64,000 nt of DNA, from the NCBI GenBank assembly GCA_965261105.1, contig CBDHCM010000006.1, positions 1,284,405 to 1,348,404 of the forward strand. Direction: 5' to 3'. The notes below the pieces were generated by a model, which saw nothing but the letters and a program-made list of their open reading frames with translations, had not been told where the DNA came from and did not search any database. The translations under genes and the position numbers were made by a program. Position 1 is the stretch's first letter; each line of letters begins with the position of its first letter. This document shows positions 1 through 12,758 of the stretch, piece by piece. The stretch comes from Candidatus Aldehydirespirator sp. GTDB taxonomy: Bacteria; Actinomycetota; Acidimicrobiia; Acidimicrobiales; Aldehydirespiratoraceae.

Positions 1-366
1 GTGGTGTGCGGGGCCGGGGGCGTGGGCAAGCACGCCGCCCGTCGCTGGGTCCACCGGCTGGACCGCGTCGGCGGCGTGTCGTCGGTGCGGCGCAACCTTC
101 CCGCCGACGAGGCCGAGGCCGCCTCGTGGGCCACGCTGGCGAGGCGGATACCCGCCGGCGTCGCCGCGGTCGTGCTGCGCCACGACTTCGAGCCCCCCGG
201 GCTCGCCGACCGCATCGACCTGCTCGAAGCGGCCGTGGCCGCCACCCACGAGGTGCGGGCCGAAGGCGAGGGCGCCCTCGCCCAACTCCTGGACCTGGTG
301 CTGGTCGGCGACGCGGTCGCAGAGCTGGCGGCGCAGCGCGGCCGCGACCGTCCAGACCCTGACTGA
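1..366 (+). CDS. 3' end of a conserved hypothetical protein, truncated by the window edge (possibly the SIS/sugar-isomerase-like gene often found upstream of manA)
   Basis: Frame is open from base 1 to TGA at 364-366 with Ala/Leu/Glu-rich composition. The competing frame 6..362 is Arg/Pro/Gly junk. No diagnostic motif recognised. Confidence 0.4.
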   Translation: MVCGAGGVGKHAARRWVHRLDRVGGVSSVRRNLPADEAEAASWATLARRIPAGVAAVVLRHDFEPPGLADRIDLLEAAVAATHEVRAEGEGALAQLLDLVLVGDAVAELAAQRGRDRPDPD

Positions 367-399
367 TCCGGCCCGGACCGGCGTGGGGACGGCCAAGGC

Positions 400-1563
400 G
401 TGGAGCTGATCGAAGGAGCGGTCCGCGGCTACGACTGGGGGTCGCTCACCGCCATTGCGGACCTGCTCGGTCGGCCCGCCACCGGCGAGCCGTGGGCCGA
501 GCTGTGGTTCGGCGCCCATCCGTCCGCACCAGCCGCGGTGGGGGCGCGAGCCGAGCCGCTGGACCGGCTGATCGCCGCCGACCCGGTCGCGGCGCTCGGC
601 CCCGCGGTGGCGTCGCGTTACGGACGGCTGCCGTTCCTGCTGAAGGTGTTGGCCGCGGCGGCGCCCCTGTCGCTCCAGGCCCACCCCTCAGCGGAGCAGG
701 CCGAGGCGGGATTCGAGCGCGAAGAGGCTATGGGGGTCCCTCCGGACGCGCCGCAGCGGATGTTCCGGGACCGCTCGGCCAAGCCCGAGCTGATCTGCGC
801 GCTGAGCGGTTTCGAGGCGCTCTGCGGATTCCGCGATCCGAAACAGACCGCAGCGCTGCTCGACACTCTCGACGCGCCGGCCCTCGATCCTCTGCGGCGC
901 CGCCTCAGCGGGCGGTCCGGCTCGCAGCTGCGCGACTTGCTCGCATGGCTGCTGGCCCTTGATCGGCCCGCGGCGGCCGCGCTGGCCGAGTCGGCGGCCG
1001 GCGCCTGCGCGGCCGCGGCCGACGAGGATGAATGGTCCGGGCTCCGGTCCGCGGTGGCCAGGCTGGGGGCCCGCCACCCCGGGGACGCCGCAGTGGCGGC
1101 GTCGCTGTTGTTGAACCACGTCGTGCTCGCTCCGGGTGAGGCCCTGTTCCTGGACTCGGGATGCCTCCACGCCTATCTGGGCGGCACCGCGGTGGAGCTG
1201 ATGGCCGATTCCGACAACGTCGTGCGGGGCGGCCTGACGTCGAAGCACGTGGATGCGGCCGCGCTGGTGCAGATCGTCGACGGCGCTGCATCGGAACCAC
1301 CGGTCCAGCGGCCCGAGCCCGCGGGCGGCGTCGTCACCTACCGCACGGCCGCCGCGGAGTTCTCGCTGCGGCGATTCGACGTGGACGGGTCGTCGGGTCT
1401 GGCCGCCGGGCCCGCGGTGCTGCTGTGCACCGAGGGCTGCGTCGAGGCCAACGGGGTGACCATGGACCGCGGCGCCGCGGCCTGGTCCTCCGCCCTCGAG
1501 CCTCACGTGGCGCTCGAGGGTCGGGGAACCGTGTTCTGCGCCACCGTCGGCGACGAGCGATAG
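400..1563 (+). CDS. manA: mannose-6-phosphate isomerase, class I
   Basis: 387 aa, GTG start. Class I PMI blocks are present: [38 protein letters not shown] and [19 protein letters not shown]. Confidence 0.9.
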   Translation: MELIEGAVRGYDWGSLTAIADLLGRPATGEPWAELWFGAHPSAPAAVGARAEPLDRLIAADPVAALGPAVASRYGRLPFLLKVLAAAAPLSLQAHPSAEQAEAGFEREEAMGVPPDAPQRMFRDRSAKPELICALSGFEALCGFRDPKQTAALLDTLDAPALDPLRRRLSGRSGSQLRDLLAWLLALDRPAAAALAESAAGACAAAADEDEWSGLRSAVARLGARHPGDAAVAASLLLNHVVLAPGEALFLDSGCLHAYLGGTAVELMADSDNVVRGGLTSKHVDAAALVQIVDGAASEPPVQRPEPAGGVVTYRTAAAEFSLRRFDVDGSSGLAAGPAVLLCTEGCVEANGVTMDRGAAAWSSALEPHVALEGRGTVFCATVGDER

Positions 1564-1631
1564 CTTTCGTACTCCCATGCCCCGAAGTGCCATGTGCCGA
1601 GGTGATCGTCGTGCCCCAAGCCGGTAGCGAC

Positions 1632-3056
1632 ATGCGGGTAGCGGACCTCTCGCTGGCCCCGCTCGGCCGCGCCGAGATCCGCTTGGCCGAGCACGAGATG
1701 CCCGGTCTGATGGCGCTGCGGGGCCGCTACATCGACGATCAGCCGCTGGCCGGCGCCCGGATCGCCGGCTCGCTGCACATGACCGTGCAGACCGCGGTGC
1801 TCATCGAGACGCTGGTCGCTCTAGGCGCCCAGGTGCGATGGGCGAGCTGCAACATCTTCTCCACCCAGGACCACGCCGCCGCGGCCGTCGCCACAGGCCT
1901 CGACGGCACTGTTGACGAGCTCAGGGGGGTGCCGGTGTTCGCCTGGAAGGGCGAGACCCTCCCCGAGTACTGGTGGGCCACCGAGCAGATCTTCCGCTGG
2001 CCCGACGGCGGCGGGCCGAGCCTCATCCTCGACGACGGGGGCGACGCCACCCTGCTGGTCCACAGGGGGCTCGAGTACGAGCGGGCTGCAGCGGTGCCCG
2101 CGGCCGGCGACGACGACTCCGAGGAGTGGTCGGTGGTCCTGGACCGGCTGCGCTCCATCGCGGCCCGCGACCCCGGGTTCTTCTCGCGGATCGTGCCGTC
2201 CATCCGGGGGGTGTCCGAGGAGACGACAACCGGCGTGATGAGGCTGCAGCAGATGCTGGAGCGGGGCGAGCTGCTGTTCCCGGCCGTCAACGTGAACGAC
2301 TCGGTCACCAAGTCCAAGTTCGACAACCATTACGGCTGTCGCCACTCGCTCCTCGACGGCATCAACCGGGCCACCGACGTGATGATCGGCGGGAAGGTGG
2401 CCGTGGTGTGCGGCTTCGGCGACGTGGGCAAGGGCTGCGCGGCGGCTCTGAGGGGTCAGGGGGCCAGGGTGATCATCACCGAGATCGACCCGATCTGCGC
2501 CCTGCAGGCGGCCATGGAGGGCTACGAGGTGAACACCCTGGAGGCGGTGGTGTCCGTAGGCGACATCTTCGTCACCGCCACCGGCAACGCGGGCCTCATC
2601 AGCGCCGGCCACATGGCCCGCATGAAGCACCAGGCCATCGTGGGAAACATCGGCCACTTCGACAACGAGGTGGACGTCGCCGGCCTGAACCGGATGTCGG
2701 ACGTTCAGCGGGTCAACATCAAGCCTCAGGTGGACGAGTACGTCTTCGGCGACGGCCACTCGGTGATCCTGCTCTCGGAGGGTCGCCTGCTCAATCTGGG
2801 CAACGCCACCGGGCACCCGAGCTTTGTGATGTCGTGCAGCTTCACCAACCAGGTCCTGGCCCAGATGGACCTGCACGCCAACGCCGGCGCCATGGAAGTC
2901 GGGGTCACCACCCTGCCCCGCCGACTCGACGAGGAGGTGGCCCGGCTGCACCTCGACGCGCTCGGCGTCCGCCTGACCAGGCTCACCCCCCAGCAGGCCG
3001 GCTACCTCGGCGTGGACGTCGACGGGCCCTACAAGCCCGACCACTACCGCTACTGA
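1632..3056 (+). CDS. ahcY: adenosylhomocysteinase (S-adenosyl-L-homocysteine hydrolase)
   Basis: The track ORF is 1161..3056, but homology begins at in-frame ATG 1632 ([30 protein letters not shown]). It carries [14 protein letters not shown], the NAD fold [19 protein letters not shown] and the C-terminal PDHYRY. Confidence 0.93.
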   Translation: MRVADLSLAPLGRAEIRLAEHEMPGLMALRGRYIDDQPLAGARIAGSLHMTVQTAVLIETLVALGAQVRWASCNIFSTQDHAAAAVATGLDGTVDELRGVPVFAWKGETLPEYWWATEQIFRWPDGGGPSLILDDGGDATLLVHRGLEYERAAAVPAAGDDDSEEWSVVLDRLRSIAARDPGFFSRIVPSIRGVSEETTTGVMRLQQMLERGELLFPAVNVNDSVTKSKFDNHYGCRHSLLDGINRATDVMIGGKVAVVCGFGDVGKGCAAALRGQGARVIITEIDPICALQAAMEGYEVNTLEAVVSVGDIFVTATGNAGLISAGHMARMKHQAIVGNIGHFDNEVDVAGLNRMSDVQRVNIKPQVDEYVFGDGHSVILLSEGRLLNLGNATGHPSFVMSCSFTNQVLAQMDLHANAGAMEVGVTTLPRRLDEEVARLHLDALGVRLTRLTPQQAGYLGVDVDGPYKPDHYRY

Positions 3057-3068
3057 GGATGGGGTCTC

Positions 3069-4502
3069 TTGAGACTGGGGTCGCCCGCGGCGTGGTCTGA
3101 GGGTCCGTCGATCGCTGGCGGACCGCGCTGTCTCGAGCTGTTCACCGGGATCGTCGTTGGCCTCGCGGCCCTTTGGGCCGGCATCTGGCGGATCTCCACT
3201 ACCACGATGCTGAATGACGAGCCCCACTATGTGTCGGCTGGCGCGGCCTACCTCGATGGCAACTTCACGAGGAACCTAGAACACCCACCGGTAGCGAAGT
3301 ACCTCTTCGGCCTAGCTCAGGTGCTTCTCGGGGACGGGATCAACTCAGCTCGGGTGGTGTCGGCACTGGCGTCCGTCGTCATCGCCCTCGTGCTGTGGCG
3401 GCTCGGCTCGGGAATGTTCGGACCCGTCGGTGGTGGCGTTGCCGCCGCGCTCTGGATCGCTCTTCCCCGTTCTGTCGGCTCGAGCGAGGTGCCCACGCCG
3501 GGCGACCGACTCGAACGGTTCGCCTACCTCGAGCCGGTCACGGCCATGTTCATGGCGCTTGCTCTGTGGTTCGGCTGGCGGCTGAGCCAGCGCGAGGCGT
3601 GGCCCGACGCGATCGGGCTTGGCGTGGCAGTGGGGCTCGCGGCGGGATCGAAGCTCGCGGGAGTAGCCGTCGCTGCGCCGATCGGCCTGTACCTGCTCGC
3701 CACTAGGGGACGCCGCGTGATCTTTCCCTTGGGTGTCGCCGCCGGCGTGTCGGTGGCCACCTTCCTCGCTGCCTATGCCCCGTTCGGCCGCACCGCCAAC
3801 GAGGCCCTGTCGTTCATGGTCCGGTTCCAAAGCAACCACGCGAGGACCGGTCACAACGTGTTCGTGCGGGGAGAGTCCGTGCGCGATCCACCTTGGTACA
3901 CCGAGCTCTGGTACCACTTCGATGCTGACGGAGCGTGGCTGACTGCGGCGGCCGTCGCCTTGGTGTGCGTTGCCTTCGTGGACCCGCAGCGGCGTCGGGC
4001 AGTTGCCTACGCGTTCGCTGCGGTCGCAGGCATCTACCTGTTCCTCTCGCTGCTGCCGATCCAGCTCCGCCACTACCGCTACGTGGTATGGCCGCCCCTC
4101 GTGCTCGTGCTGGCTGCCGGCGCGACCTCAGTATTCGGTCGAATACCGAGACCACGGCGCGCCGTTGGTGCCGTGAGCCTCGCTGTTGTGGTCGTCACCG
4201 GGCTCCTGTCACTGGGGCGGCTGGCCACTCTGGAGCCGCAGGACTACGCGGCGCTTGATCAGGCGCTGACCGAGAGGGGGTTCGACACCGACGCACGCAT
4301 CAGTGCATTCGGAACGCATCACGTTGCCGTCCACCATCTCACCGGATGGAACGTGCAGGCCGGCAGCGATCCGGTCACCTCGGCCGAGGCCGATGTCGTG
4401 CTCGTCGACTCGACCTACTCGGTGCGCAGAGGTTACCCGACGGTGATCGGCGTGTCGGATTCCTTCGTTCTAGGCCGGGTGACGGTGCTTATCCTGGAGT
4501 GA
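3069..4502 (+). CDS. polytopic membrane glycosyltransferase (GT39/PMT_2, ArnT-like)
   Basis: 477 aa with many hydrophobic spans. The N-terminal loop motif NLEHPPVAKYLFGLAQVLLG is typical of dolichyl/polyprenyl-phosphate-mannose protein mannosyltransferase-like enzymes. The exact start (TTG 3069) is uncertain. Confidence 0.7.
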   Translation: MRLGSPAAWSEGPSIAGGPRCLELFTGIVVGLAALWAGIWRISTTTMLNDEPHYVSAGAAYLDGNFTRNLEHPPVAKYLFGLAQVLLGDGINSARVVSALASVVIALVLWRLGSGMFGPVGGGVAAALWIALPRSVGSSEVPTPGDRLERFAYLEPVTAMFMALALWFGWRLSQREAWPDAIGLGVAVGLAAGSKLAGVAVAAPIGLYLLATRGRRVIFPLGVAAGVSVATFLAAYAPFGRTANEALSFMVRFQSNHARTGHNVFVRGESVRDPPWYTELWYHFDADGAWLTAAAVALVCVAFVDPQRRRAVAYAFAAVAGIYLFLSLLPIQLRHYRYVVWPPLVLVLAAGATSVFGRIPRPRRAVGAVSLAVVVVTGLLSLGRLATLEPQDYAALDQALTERGFDTDARISAFGTHHVAVHHLTGWNVQAGSDPVTSAEADVVLVDSTYSVRRGYPTVIGVSDSFVLGRVTVLILE

Positions 4503-4508
4503 GTCCCC

Positions 4509-5111
4509 TCACTCCTCGGCCCATGCCACCTCGCAGAACGGCTGGCCGTGGCGGTCGAGCATCAGCTTGTCGAGCTCGGCACCGACATTGGGTCCGCTAA
4601 GCCATCCGTCGGCAAAGATCATCGTGTAGTCGTCGATCAGACGGCACCGACGGGCGTTGCCGCCCTCGGTCGGATCGAAGTGCACGGAGGCCGCCGCGAT
4701 CTCGTTGGAGATGACATGCAGCGGGGTGTTGCGGTCGACGCGGTTCAGCCTGGCGTTGGCGAGCAGGGTCAGGAGCATGCAGACCACCAGGACCGCGGCC
4801 GCGGCCGCCGCTACTGGCGATGGCCGCCGCGACCGGATGATCCCGAACACCACGACGAGCACGGACGCGGCCAGGAACGACCAGCCCACTTGGACCAGCA
4901 CGGTCTCGCGCCAAGCTTCCCCGATGGGGTAGGCAACCCGCTGCACGTGCCTCGACAGCCCGGCGAGCAGCGCGGGCCGGCCGCGGTCGCTGCCAGCGCA
5001 TCCGGTACCGTGGGCCGGCAGCTGGCTGAAGGGAGCACAGATGGCGGTCGAACGGGGGTGCTGGGCGGCCCCTGAAGCGTTCAGCGGGGCCGATACGGCC
5101 TCCTTCGCCAA
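4509..5111 (-). CDS. hypothetical membrane protein, two predicted TM helices; start uncertain
   Basis: 200-aa ORF convergent with the GT39 gene. Two hydrophobic helices (VLVQVGWSFLAASVLVVVFGII; AAAAAVLVVCMLLTLLA) precede a protein-like soluble C-terminus (LHVISNEIAAASVHFDPTEGG...CEVAWAEE). The opposite-strand ORF 4548..5075 is His/Arg/Gly junk. The 5' 70 nt overlap the next gene, so the real start is probably internal. Confidence 0.45.
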   Translation of the reverse strand: MAKEAVSAPLNASGAAQHPRSTAICAPFSQLPAHGTGCAGSDRGRPALLAGLSRHVQRVAYPIGEAWRETVLVQVGWSFLAASVLVVVFGIIRSRRPSPVAAAAAAVLVVCMLLTLLANARLNRVDRNTPLHVISNEIAAASVHFDPTEGGNARRCRLIDDYTMIFADGWLSGPNVGAELDKLMLDRHGQPFCEVAWAEE

Positions 5112-5907
5112 GAGAGTGGAGGAGTTGGGCTACTCGCAGCTGTGGATCGGGGAGACGTTCGGGCGCGACCCGTTCGCTCTGGCCGCGCACATAGGCGCGG
5201 TCACGTCCACGCTCGGGCTCGCCAGCGGGATTGCCAACGTCTACAACCGGCACGCGGGCGTGATGAAGCAGGGGGCCCACACCGTCGCCGAGCAGACCGG
5301 CGGCCGGTTCACTCTGGGACTCGGCGTGTCGAGCCCGGTGATCGTGAGCAAGATCCGCGGCATCCCCTACGGCAGGCCGCTGTCGTTCATGCGGTCATAC
5401 CTCGACGCCATGGACGCGGCCCGCTACACCTCGGTGCCGCCGCCGGCGCCGGTGCCGGTGGTCTTGGCCGCCCTCGGCCCCCGGATGCTCGAGCTCGCCG
5501 CGGAACGCACCGACGGCGCCCACCCCTACAACACGACACCGGAGCACACCGCCTTCGCCCGCTCGGTCATGGGCCCCGACGCACTGCTGTGTGTGGAGCA
5601 GAAGGTGATGCTCACCACCGACTCCGCACAGGCCCGCGCCACCGGCGGCAAGGTCATGAAGTTCTACACCCGGGCCCCCGGCTACCGGGACTGCTGGAAG
5701 CGACTCGGCTTCGACGACGACGACATCGACGGCCTCTCGGACCGGTTCGTGGACGCCATGGTGGCCTGGGGCGACGCCGGCGCCATCGAGCGCCGGCTGG
5801 CCGAGCACGCCGACGCCGGGGCCACCGAGGTCTGCATCCAGGTGCTTCACCCCTCCGCCGGCGCCGGCGCCATCGACTACGACGCGCTGGAGGCCCTAGC
5901 TCCGTGA
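5041..5907 (+). CDS. LLM-class (luciferase-like) F420-dependent oxidoreductase
   Basis: 288 aa. FAKRVEELGYSQLWIGETFGRDPFALAAHIGAVTSTLGLASGIANVYNRH matches the N-terminal TIM-barrel pattern of LLM/F420 oxidoreductases. The C-terminal GATEVCIQ is also typical. Confidence 0.8.
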   Translation: MAVERGCWAAPEAFSGADTASFAKRVEELGYSQLWIGETFGRDPFALAAHIGAVTSTLGLASGIANVYNRHAGVMKQGAHTVAEQTGGRFTLGLGVSSPVIVSKIRGIPYGRPLSFMRSYLDAMDAARYTSVPPPAPVPVVLAALGPRMLELAAERTDGAHPYNTTPEHTAFARSVMGPDALLCVEQKVMLTTDSAQARATGGKVMKFYTRAPGYRDCWKRLGFDDDDIDGLSDRFVDAMVAWGDAGAIERRLAEHADAGATEVCIQVLHPSAGAGAIDYDALEALAP

Positions 5908-6803
5908 AGGATCTCGCCGGCCGGGTGGCGGTGGTCACCGGGGGCGCCGGCGGCATCGGCCGGGGGCTGGCCGAGCGCTTCGCGGCCGAGTCAATGCGGG
6001 TGGTGGTGGCCGACGTCGAGGAGCCGCCCCTGCACGAGACCGTGCGGTCCATCGAGGCCGCGGGGGGCGAGGCGATGGCGGTCACCTGCGACGTGGCGTC
6101 GTGGCCGTCGGTGGAGGCGCTGCGCGACGCCTGCACCAGCGCCTACGGCCCGGCCGACGTGCTGTGCAACAACGCCGGTGTGGCCGCTGCCGGCACCATG
6201 GCGGAACTGTCGCTCCAGTCTTGGGAGTGGTGCCTGGGGGTCAACCTGTGGGGCGTCATCCACGGCTGCCGGGCCTTCCTGGGCGCCATGATCGAGCGGG
6301 GCTCGGGCCACATCGTCAACACCGCGTCGATCCTGGGCCACCTGTCCTCGGCCGGGCTCGGCCCCTACAACGTCTCCAAGCACGGCGTGGTGGCGATCAG
6401 CGAGACCCTGCACGCCGAGATGCTGGCCGCCGGGACCGGGGTGGGCGTCACCTGCCTGTGCCCCGGGCTGGTGTCCACCAACATCCTGGAGTCCGAGCGC
6501 AACCGCCCCGAGCATCTGCGAGACCGCCCGGGCGTCGACGGGGCATGGAACTCCGATGCGGTCGCGGGCCGCGCCGAGTCGGAGGCCAGGGCGGCGATAC
6601 GCGATCTCTACGCCCAGGCGCTGCACCCGTCGGAGGTGGCCGACATGGTGGTGCGGGCGATCCTGGCCGAGGAGTTCTGGCTGTTCACCGACCGCGACTT
6701 CGACGCTGCAATCTCGGCACGCCACCGAGACATCGAGTCCCGGCGCACACCACCAAGCCCCGATTCTATAGCCTCGGCCCTATTCGCGGACCACAGCCCA
6801 TGA
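5904..6803 (+). CDS. SDR-family NAD(P)-dependent oxidoreductase
   Basis: GTG 5904 overlaps the upstream stop (GTGA). It carries the Rossmann motif VAVVTGGAGGIGRG, then NNAG, and the catalytic YNVSKHG (YxxxK). The track ORF 5142..6803 is an out-of-frame upstream extension. Confidence 0.88.
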   Translation: MKDLAGRVAVVTGGAGGIGRGLAERFAAESMRVVVADVEEPPLHETVRSIEAAGGEAMAVTCDVASWPSVEALRDACTSAYGPADVLCNNAGVAAAGTMAELSLQSWEWCLGVNLWGVIHGCRAFLGAMIERGSGHIVNTASILGHLSSAGLGPYNVSKHGVVAISETLHAEMLAAGTGVGVTCLCPGLVSTNILESERNRPEHLRDRPGVDGAWNSDAVAGRAESEARAAIRDLYAQALHPSEVADMVVRAILAEEFWLFTDRDFDAAISARHRDIESRRTPPSPDSIASALFADHSP

Positions 6804-6902
6804 ACATGTCTCCAGCGGTGCCGCAGCCTTACAAATGATGCATTGTCAATAAATATCAACGAATGGTGAGTGTTGTCAATGTCAAGATATTAGGCTGCTG
6901 GG

Positions 6903-7436
6903 ATGCAGGAACTGCGGATCGAGGGCGTGGACGCGCTGTGGGCCGGCTGGTGCCATGAGGGCGGGGCGGCCGAGCTGGTGCGCGCCCTCAAGTACGGCCG
7001 GGTCACCGCCGCGGTTACTCCGATCGCCGACCGCATGGCGTCGGTCATGCCTGCGGCTCCGGCTGCGGACCTGGTCACATGGGTTCCCTGCAGTCCGACG
7101 CGCCGCCGGGAGCGGGGCTTCGATCCCGCCGAGCTGCTGGCCCGAGCCCTCGCCCGCCGGCTGCGGCTGCGGGCTCGCCTGACGCTGCGCCGGCTCGACG
7201 ACGAGCCCCAGACGGCCCGAACGCGCGAGGGTCGCCTGGCCGGCCCCAGGCTGGCGGTCCGGCGCGCCCGCCTGCGCGGCCTGGTATTGGTGGTCGACGA
7301 CGTGTGCACCACCGGATCGACGCTGCGCGTCGCGGCAGACTCGCTCCGGCGCGGCGGCGCGGCGGCGGTTGTGGCTGCGGTGGCCACAGTGGCGCCTGCG
7401 CCGCCGCGGCAGCCCGTCGCGGTACCTCTACCATGA
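6903..7436 (+). CDS. comF: ComF-family protein (phosphoribosyltransferase-like)
   Basis: 177 aa with LKYGRVTAAV and the PRTase loop VLVVDDVCTTGSTL. It sits in the conserved position immediately upstream of hpf-secA. Confidence 0.8.
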   Translation: MQELRIEGVDALWAGWCHEGGAAELVRALKYGRVTAAVTPIADRMASVMPAAPAADLVTWVPCSPTRRRERGFDPAELLARALARRLRLRARLTLRRLDDEPQTARTREGRLAGPRLAVRRARLRGLVLVVDDVCTTGSTLRVAADSLRRGGAAAVVAAVATVAPAPPRQPVAVPLP

Positions 7437-7462
7437 GGGCGCATCGAAGCTAGCCAGGGAGG

Positions 7463-8050
7463 TTGGACGTGGAACTCTCGATCAGCAGCCGCCACAAAGC
7501 CGTCACGCCGCGCCTCGAGGAGGTCGTGCGAACCAAGATCGGGCAGCTCGACCGGTTCTTGGACTATCTCGATACCGCCGAGGTGCACTTCGATGAGGCC
7601 CGCAATCCCCGCATTATCGACGGCGAGACCTGCGAGGTGACCCTGACCGGGCACGGCCATCGTCTGCGCTGCAAGGTGAACGCCTCCGACGCGTTCACCG
7701 CAGTCGACCTCGCCGAGGCCAAACTTGAGCGCCAGATCCGCAAGCTGCGCACCAGGCTCCAGAACCGCCACCGCGGCCGGGGCGACACGATCCGTACCGC
7801 CGAGCCGGAGCCGGCCCCCGACGCAGTCGACGGCTCCAGCGCAGTCGATGGCGTCGACGTCGACTTGGAGCTGCTGATCGTCAAGACCAAGCGATTCCAC
7901 CTCGGCCCGCTCACCCCCGAGGAGGCCGCGCTGAAGATGGATCTGATGAGCCACGGCTTCTTCTTCTTCATCAACTCGGCCACCGGACGCTCCGCCGTGG
8001 TGTACCGCCGCGACGACGGGGCGGTGGGCCTCATCGACGAGGCCGGCTGA
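7463..8050 (+). CDS. hpf: ribosome hibernation-promoting factor, long form
   Basis: 195 aa with an RaiA/HPF N-domain (VELSISSRHKAVTPRLEEVVRTKIGQLDRF). The C-terminal dimerisation domain is KRFHLGPLTPEEAALKMDLMSHGFFFFINSATGRSAVVYRRDDG. Confidence 0.9.
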   Translation: MDVELSISSRHKAVTPRLEEVVRTKIGQLDRFLDYLDTAEVHFDEARNPRIIDGETCEVTLTGHGHRLRCKVNASDAFTAVDLAEAKLERQIRKLRTRLQNRHRGRGDTIRTAEPEPAPDAVDGSSAVDGVDVDLELLIVKTKRFHLGPLTPEEAALKMDLMSHGFFFFINSATGRSAVVYRRDDGAVGLIDEAG

Positions 8051-8071
8051 CGAGGCGGCGGGTCCGAGCCG

Positions 8072-10762
<2,691 letters not shown>

Positions 10763-10768
10763 GCGGGC

Positions 10769-11941
10769 GTGCAGGACTTCTCTGACGATCTGCGCCGGCT
10801 TCGGAGTCGCCTCGACGAGGCGCAGTCCTATCTGCGCGTCGAGGTTCTGCGGGGCCGGCGGCCCCAGCTCGAGGCGGAGTCGTCGCGCCCGGACCTCTGG
10901 GAGCAGCCCGAGCGGGCCCGGGCGGTCACCTCCGAGCTGGCCTCCATCAGCGAGGACCTGACGATGTTCGACCGTCTGGCGGCCGACATCTCCGATGCCG
11001 AGACTCTCAACCAGCTCGCGGTCGAGGAGGGCGCCGACTCCGAGGAGGCGGAGATAGCCCGGCTGGTGGGGGACATAGAGGCCCGCTTCGACGAGCTGGA
11101 GCTGCGCTCGCTGTTCACCGGAGAGTTCGACGAGCGGGACGCGGTGTGCCAGATCAAGTCGGGCGAGGGTGGAACCGACTCCCAGGACTGGGCCGAGATG
11201 CTGCTGAGGATGTACCGCCGCTGGGCCGAGCGCCGGGGCTTCGAGCTTGAGGTGACCGCGCTGTCGGAGGGGACCGAGGCCGGCTACTCCAGCGTGGACT
11301 TCCTGCTGAGGGGCCGCTGCGCCTACGGCTGGATGCGCTCCGAGCACGGCGTGCACCGCCTGGTGCGGATCTCTCCGTTCAACAACGAGGGCAAGCGCCA
11401 GACGGCCTTCACCGCAGTGGACGTAGCGCCGTTCTTCGAGGAGGTCCCCGCGGAGGTGGCCATCGACGAGAAGGATCTCCGCATCGACACCTACCGCTCC
11501 TCGGGCGCGGGCGGCCAGCACGTGAACGTCACCGACTCCGCGGTGCGGATCACCCACCTGCTGACCGGGATCGTGACCAGCTGCCAGAACGAGCGCAGCC
11601 AGCATCAGAACAAGGAGCGGGCCATGCAGATGCTGGCCGCGAAGCTGCTCAACCTGGAGCGCAAGCGTCGCTCCGACGAGATCGCCGGGATCAAGGGCGA
11701 GCAGCGCAGGGTGGGCTTCGGCAGCCAGATCCGCAGCTACGTGATGCAGCCCTACCAGATGGTGAAGGACCAGCGCACCCGGCACGAGACCCCCAACGTC
11801 GAAGCCGTCCTGGGCGGGGACCTCGATCCGTTCATGGAGTCCTGGCTCCGCTGGAGCCGGGCCTCGGGTGCCGCGGGCGTGCCCGAGGGGGCTGGTACTG
11901 TCGCCGCGCCGGGCCGGGCGGCCGCAGGCGTGTCCGAGTGA
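10769..11941 (+). CDS. prfB: peptide chain release factor 2 (single ORF, no +1 frameshift)
   Basis: 390 aa with RF2 tripeptide SPF (RISPFNNEGKRQTAF) and the GGQ motif SGAGGQHVN. A short Ala/Gly-rich C-terminal tail is present. Confidence 0.93.
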   Translation: MQDFSDDLRRLRSRLDEAQSYLRVEVLRGRRPQLEAESSRPDLWEQPERARAVTSELASISEDLTMFDRLAADISDAETLNQLAVEEGADSEEAEIARLVGDIEARFDELELRSLFTGEFDERDAVCQIKSGEGGTDSQDWAEMLLRMYRRWAERRGFELEVTALSEGTEAGYSSVDFLLRGRCAYGWMRSEHGVHRLVRISPFNNEGKRQTAFTAVDVAPFFEEVPAEVAIDEKDLRIDTYRSSGAGGQHVNVTDSAVRITHLLTGIVTSCQNERSQHQNKERAMQMLAAKLLNLERKRRSDEIAGIKGEQRRVGFGSQIRSYVMQPYQMVKDQRTRHETPNVEAVLGGDLDPFMESWLRWSRASGAAGVPEGAGTVAAPGRAAAGVSE

Positions 11942-11965
11942 TCAGGAGGTCCACATGACGGAGGG

Positions 11966-12649
11966 ATGCTCGTGATCAAGATGGAGAAGGTCACCAAGGT
12001 GTTCAAGGGCGACGTGGTGGCTCTGCGCGACGTGACCATCGACATCGGCAAGGGTGAGTTCGTCTTCCTGGTGGGCCCGTCGGGGTCGGGCAAGTCCACC
12101 TTCATCCGGCTGCTCAACCGCGAGGAAGTGCCCGAGCACGGCCGGATATTCGTGGCCGGCCGCGACATCGGCGGGCTCAGCCCGTGGAGGGTCCCCTACC
12201 TGCGCCGCAACATCGGCTACGTGTTCCAGGACTTCAAGCTGCTGTCGAAGAAGACGGTCGCCGAGAACGTCGCCTTCGCGCTGGAGGCGATCGGCAAGGG
12301 CCCCCACGTCATCAACCGCCAGGTGCCCGCCATCTTGGAGTTGGTGGGGCTGGCGCGCAAGATGAACCGCTTCCCCCGCGAGCTGTCGGGGGGCGAGCAG
12401 CAGCGGGTGTCGATCGCCCGGGCCTTCGTCAACCGGCCCATGATCCTGCTGGCCGACGAGCCCACCGGGAACGTCGATCCCACCACCTCGGTGGGCATCA
12501 TGCGCCTGCTGGAGCGGATCAACGAGATCGGCACCACGGTGGTGATGGCCACCCACGACAGCAGCGTCGTGGACAGCATGCGCCAGCGGGTGGTGGAGCT
12601 CGACCGGGGCATGGTGGTGCGCGACCAGGCCCGAGGCGTGTACGAGTAG
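11966..12649 (+). CDS. ftsE: cell-division ABC transporter ATP-binding protein FtsE
   Basis: 227 aa with Walker [13 protein letters not shown] signature [14 protein letters not shown] and Walker [13 protein letters not shown]. It sits in prfB-ftsE-ftsX synteny. Confidence 0.95.
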   Translation: MLVIKMEKVTKVFKGDVVALRDVTIDIGKGEFVFLVGPSGSGKSTFIRLLNREEVPEHGRIFVAGRDIGGLSPWRVPYLRRNIGYVFQDFKLLSKKTVAENVAFALEAIGKGPHVINRQVPAILELVGLARKMNRFPRELSGGEQQRVSIARAFVNRPMILLADEPTGNVDPTTSVGIMRLLERINEIGTTVVMATHDSSVVDSMRQRVVELDRGMVVRDQARGVYE

Positions 12650-12694
12650 CGAACCGCGATGTTCAACCCCGCCCCCTTCCGCCGGCAGCTGTCC

Positions 12695-12758
12695 GTGTTC
12701 AGCCCCGCCGAGCCCGAGTAGCCCTGATGTTCAGCCCCGCCGAGCCCGAGTAGCCCTG
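12695..12758. repeat. 2 x 32-bp tandem duplication of the ftsX start region
   Basis: (G/A)TGTTCAGCCCCGCCGAGCCCGAGTAGCCCTG occurs at 12695-12726 and 12727-12758. It is followed directly by ATGTTCAGC, the true ftsX start, at 12759. A more degenerate copy (ATGTTCAACCCCGCC) starts at 12659. Confidence 0.9.

Noticed and set aside
1564-1631. SAH riboswitch upstream of ahcY
   Set aside because: The leader is only 68 nt. It contains GCCGAGG but lacks the conserved CAGGAA/AACGGCGCUCAC pseudoknot elements as I recall them. A covariance-model scan (RF01057) would settle it.
1161-1631. N-terminal extensions of track ORFs: ahcY 1161-1631, SDR 5142-5903, 2Fe-2S subunit 27598-28443, LLM 34693-35274, ald 23015-23053
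   Set aside because: The extended parts are Arg/Pro/Gly-rich, overlap the preceding genes in another frame, and homology starts at internal ATG/GTG codons with plausible SD sequences.
4548-5075. 175-aa plus-strand ORF opposite the hypothetical membrane protein
   Set aside because: It has His/Arg/Gly/Asp-rich antisense-type composition, whereas the minus frame has two clean TM helices and a globular tail.
10769-11941. Programmed +1 frameshift site in prfB
   Set aside because: The whole RF2 reads in a single frame from GTG 10769, and there is no short upstream ORF ending CUU UGA.
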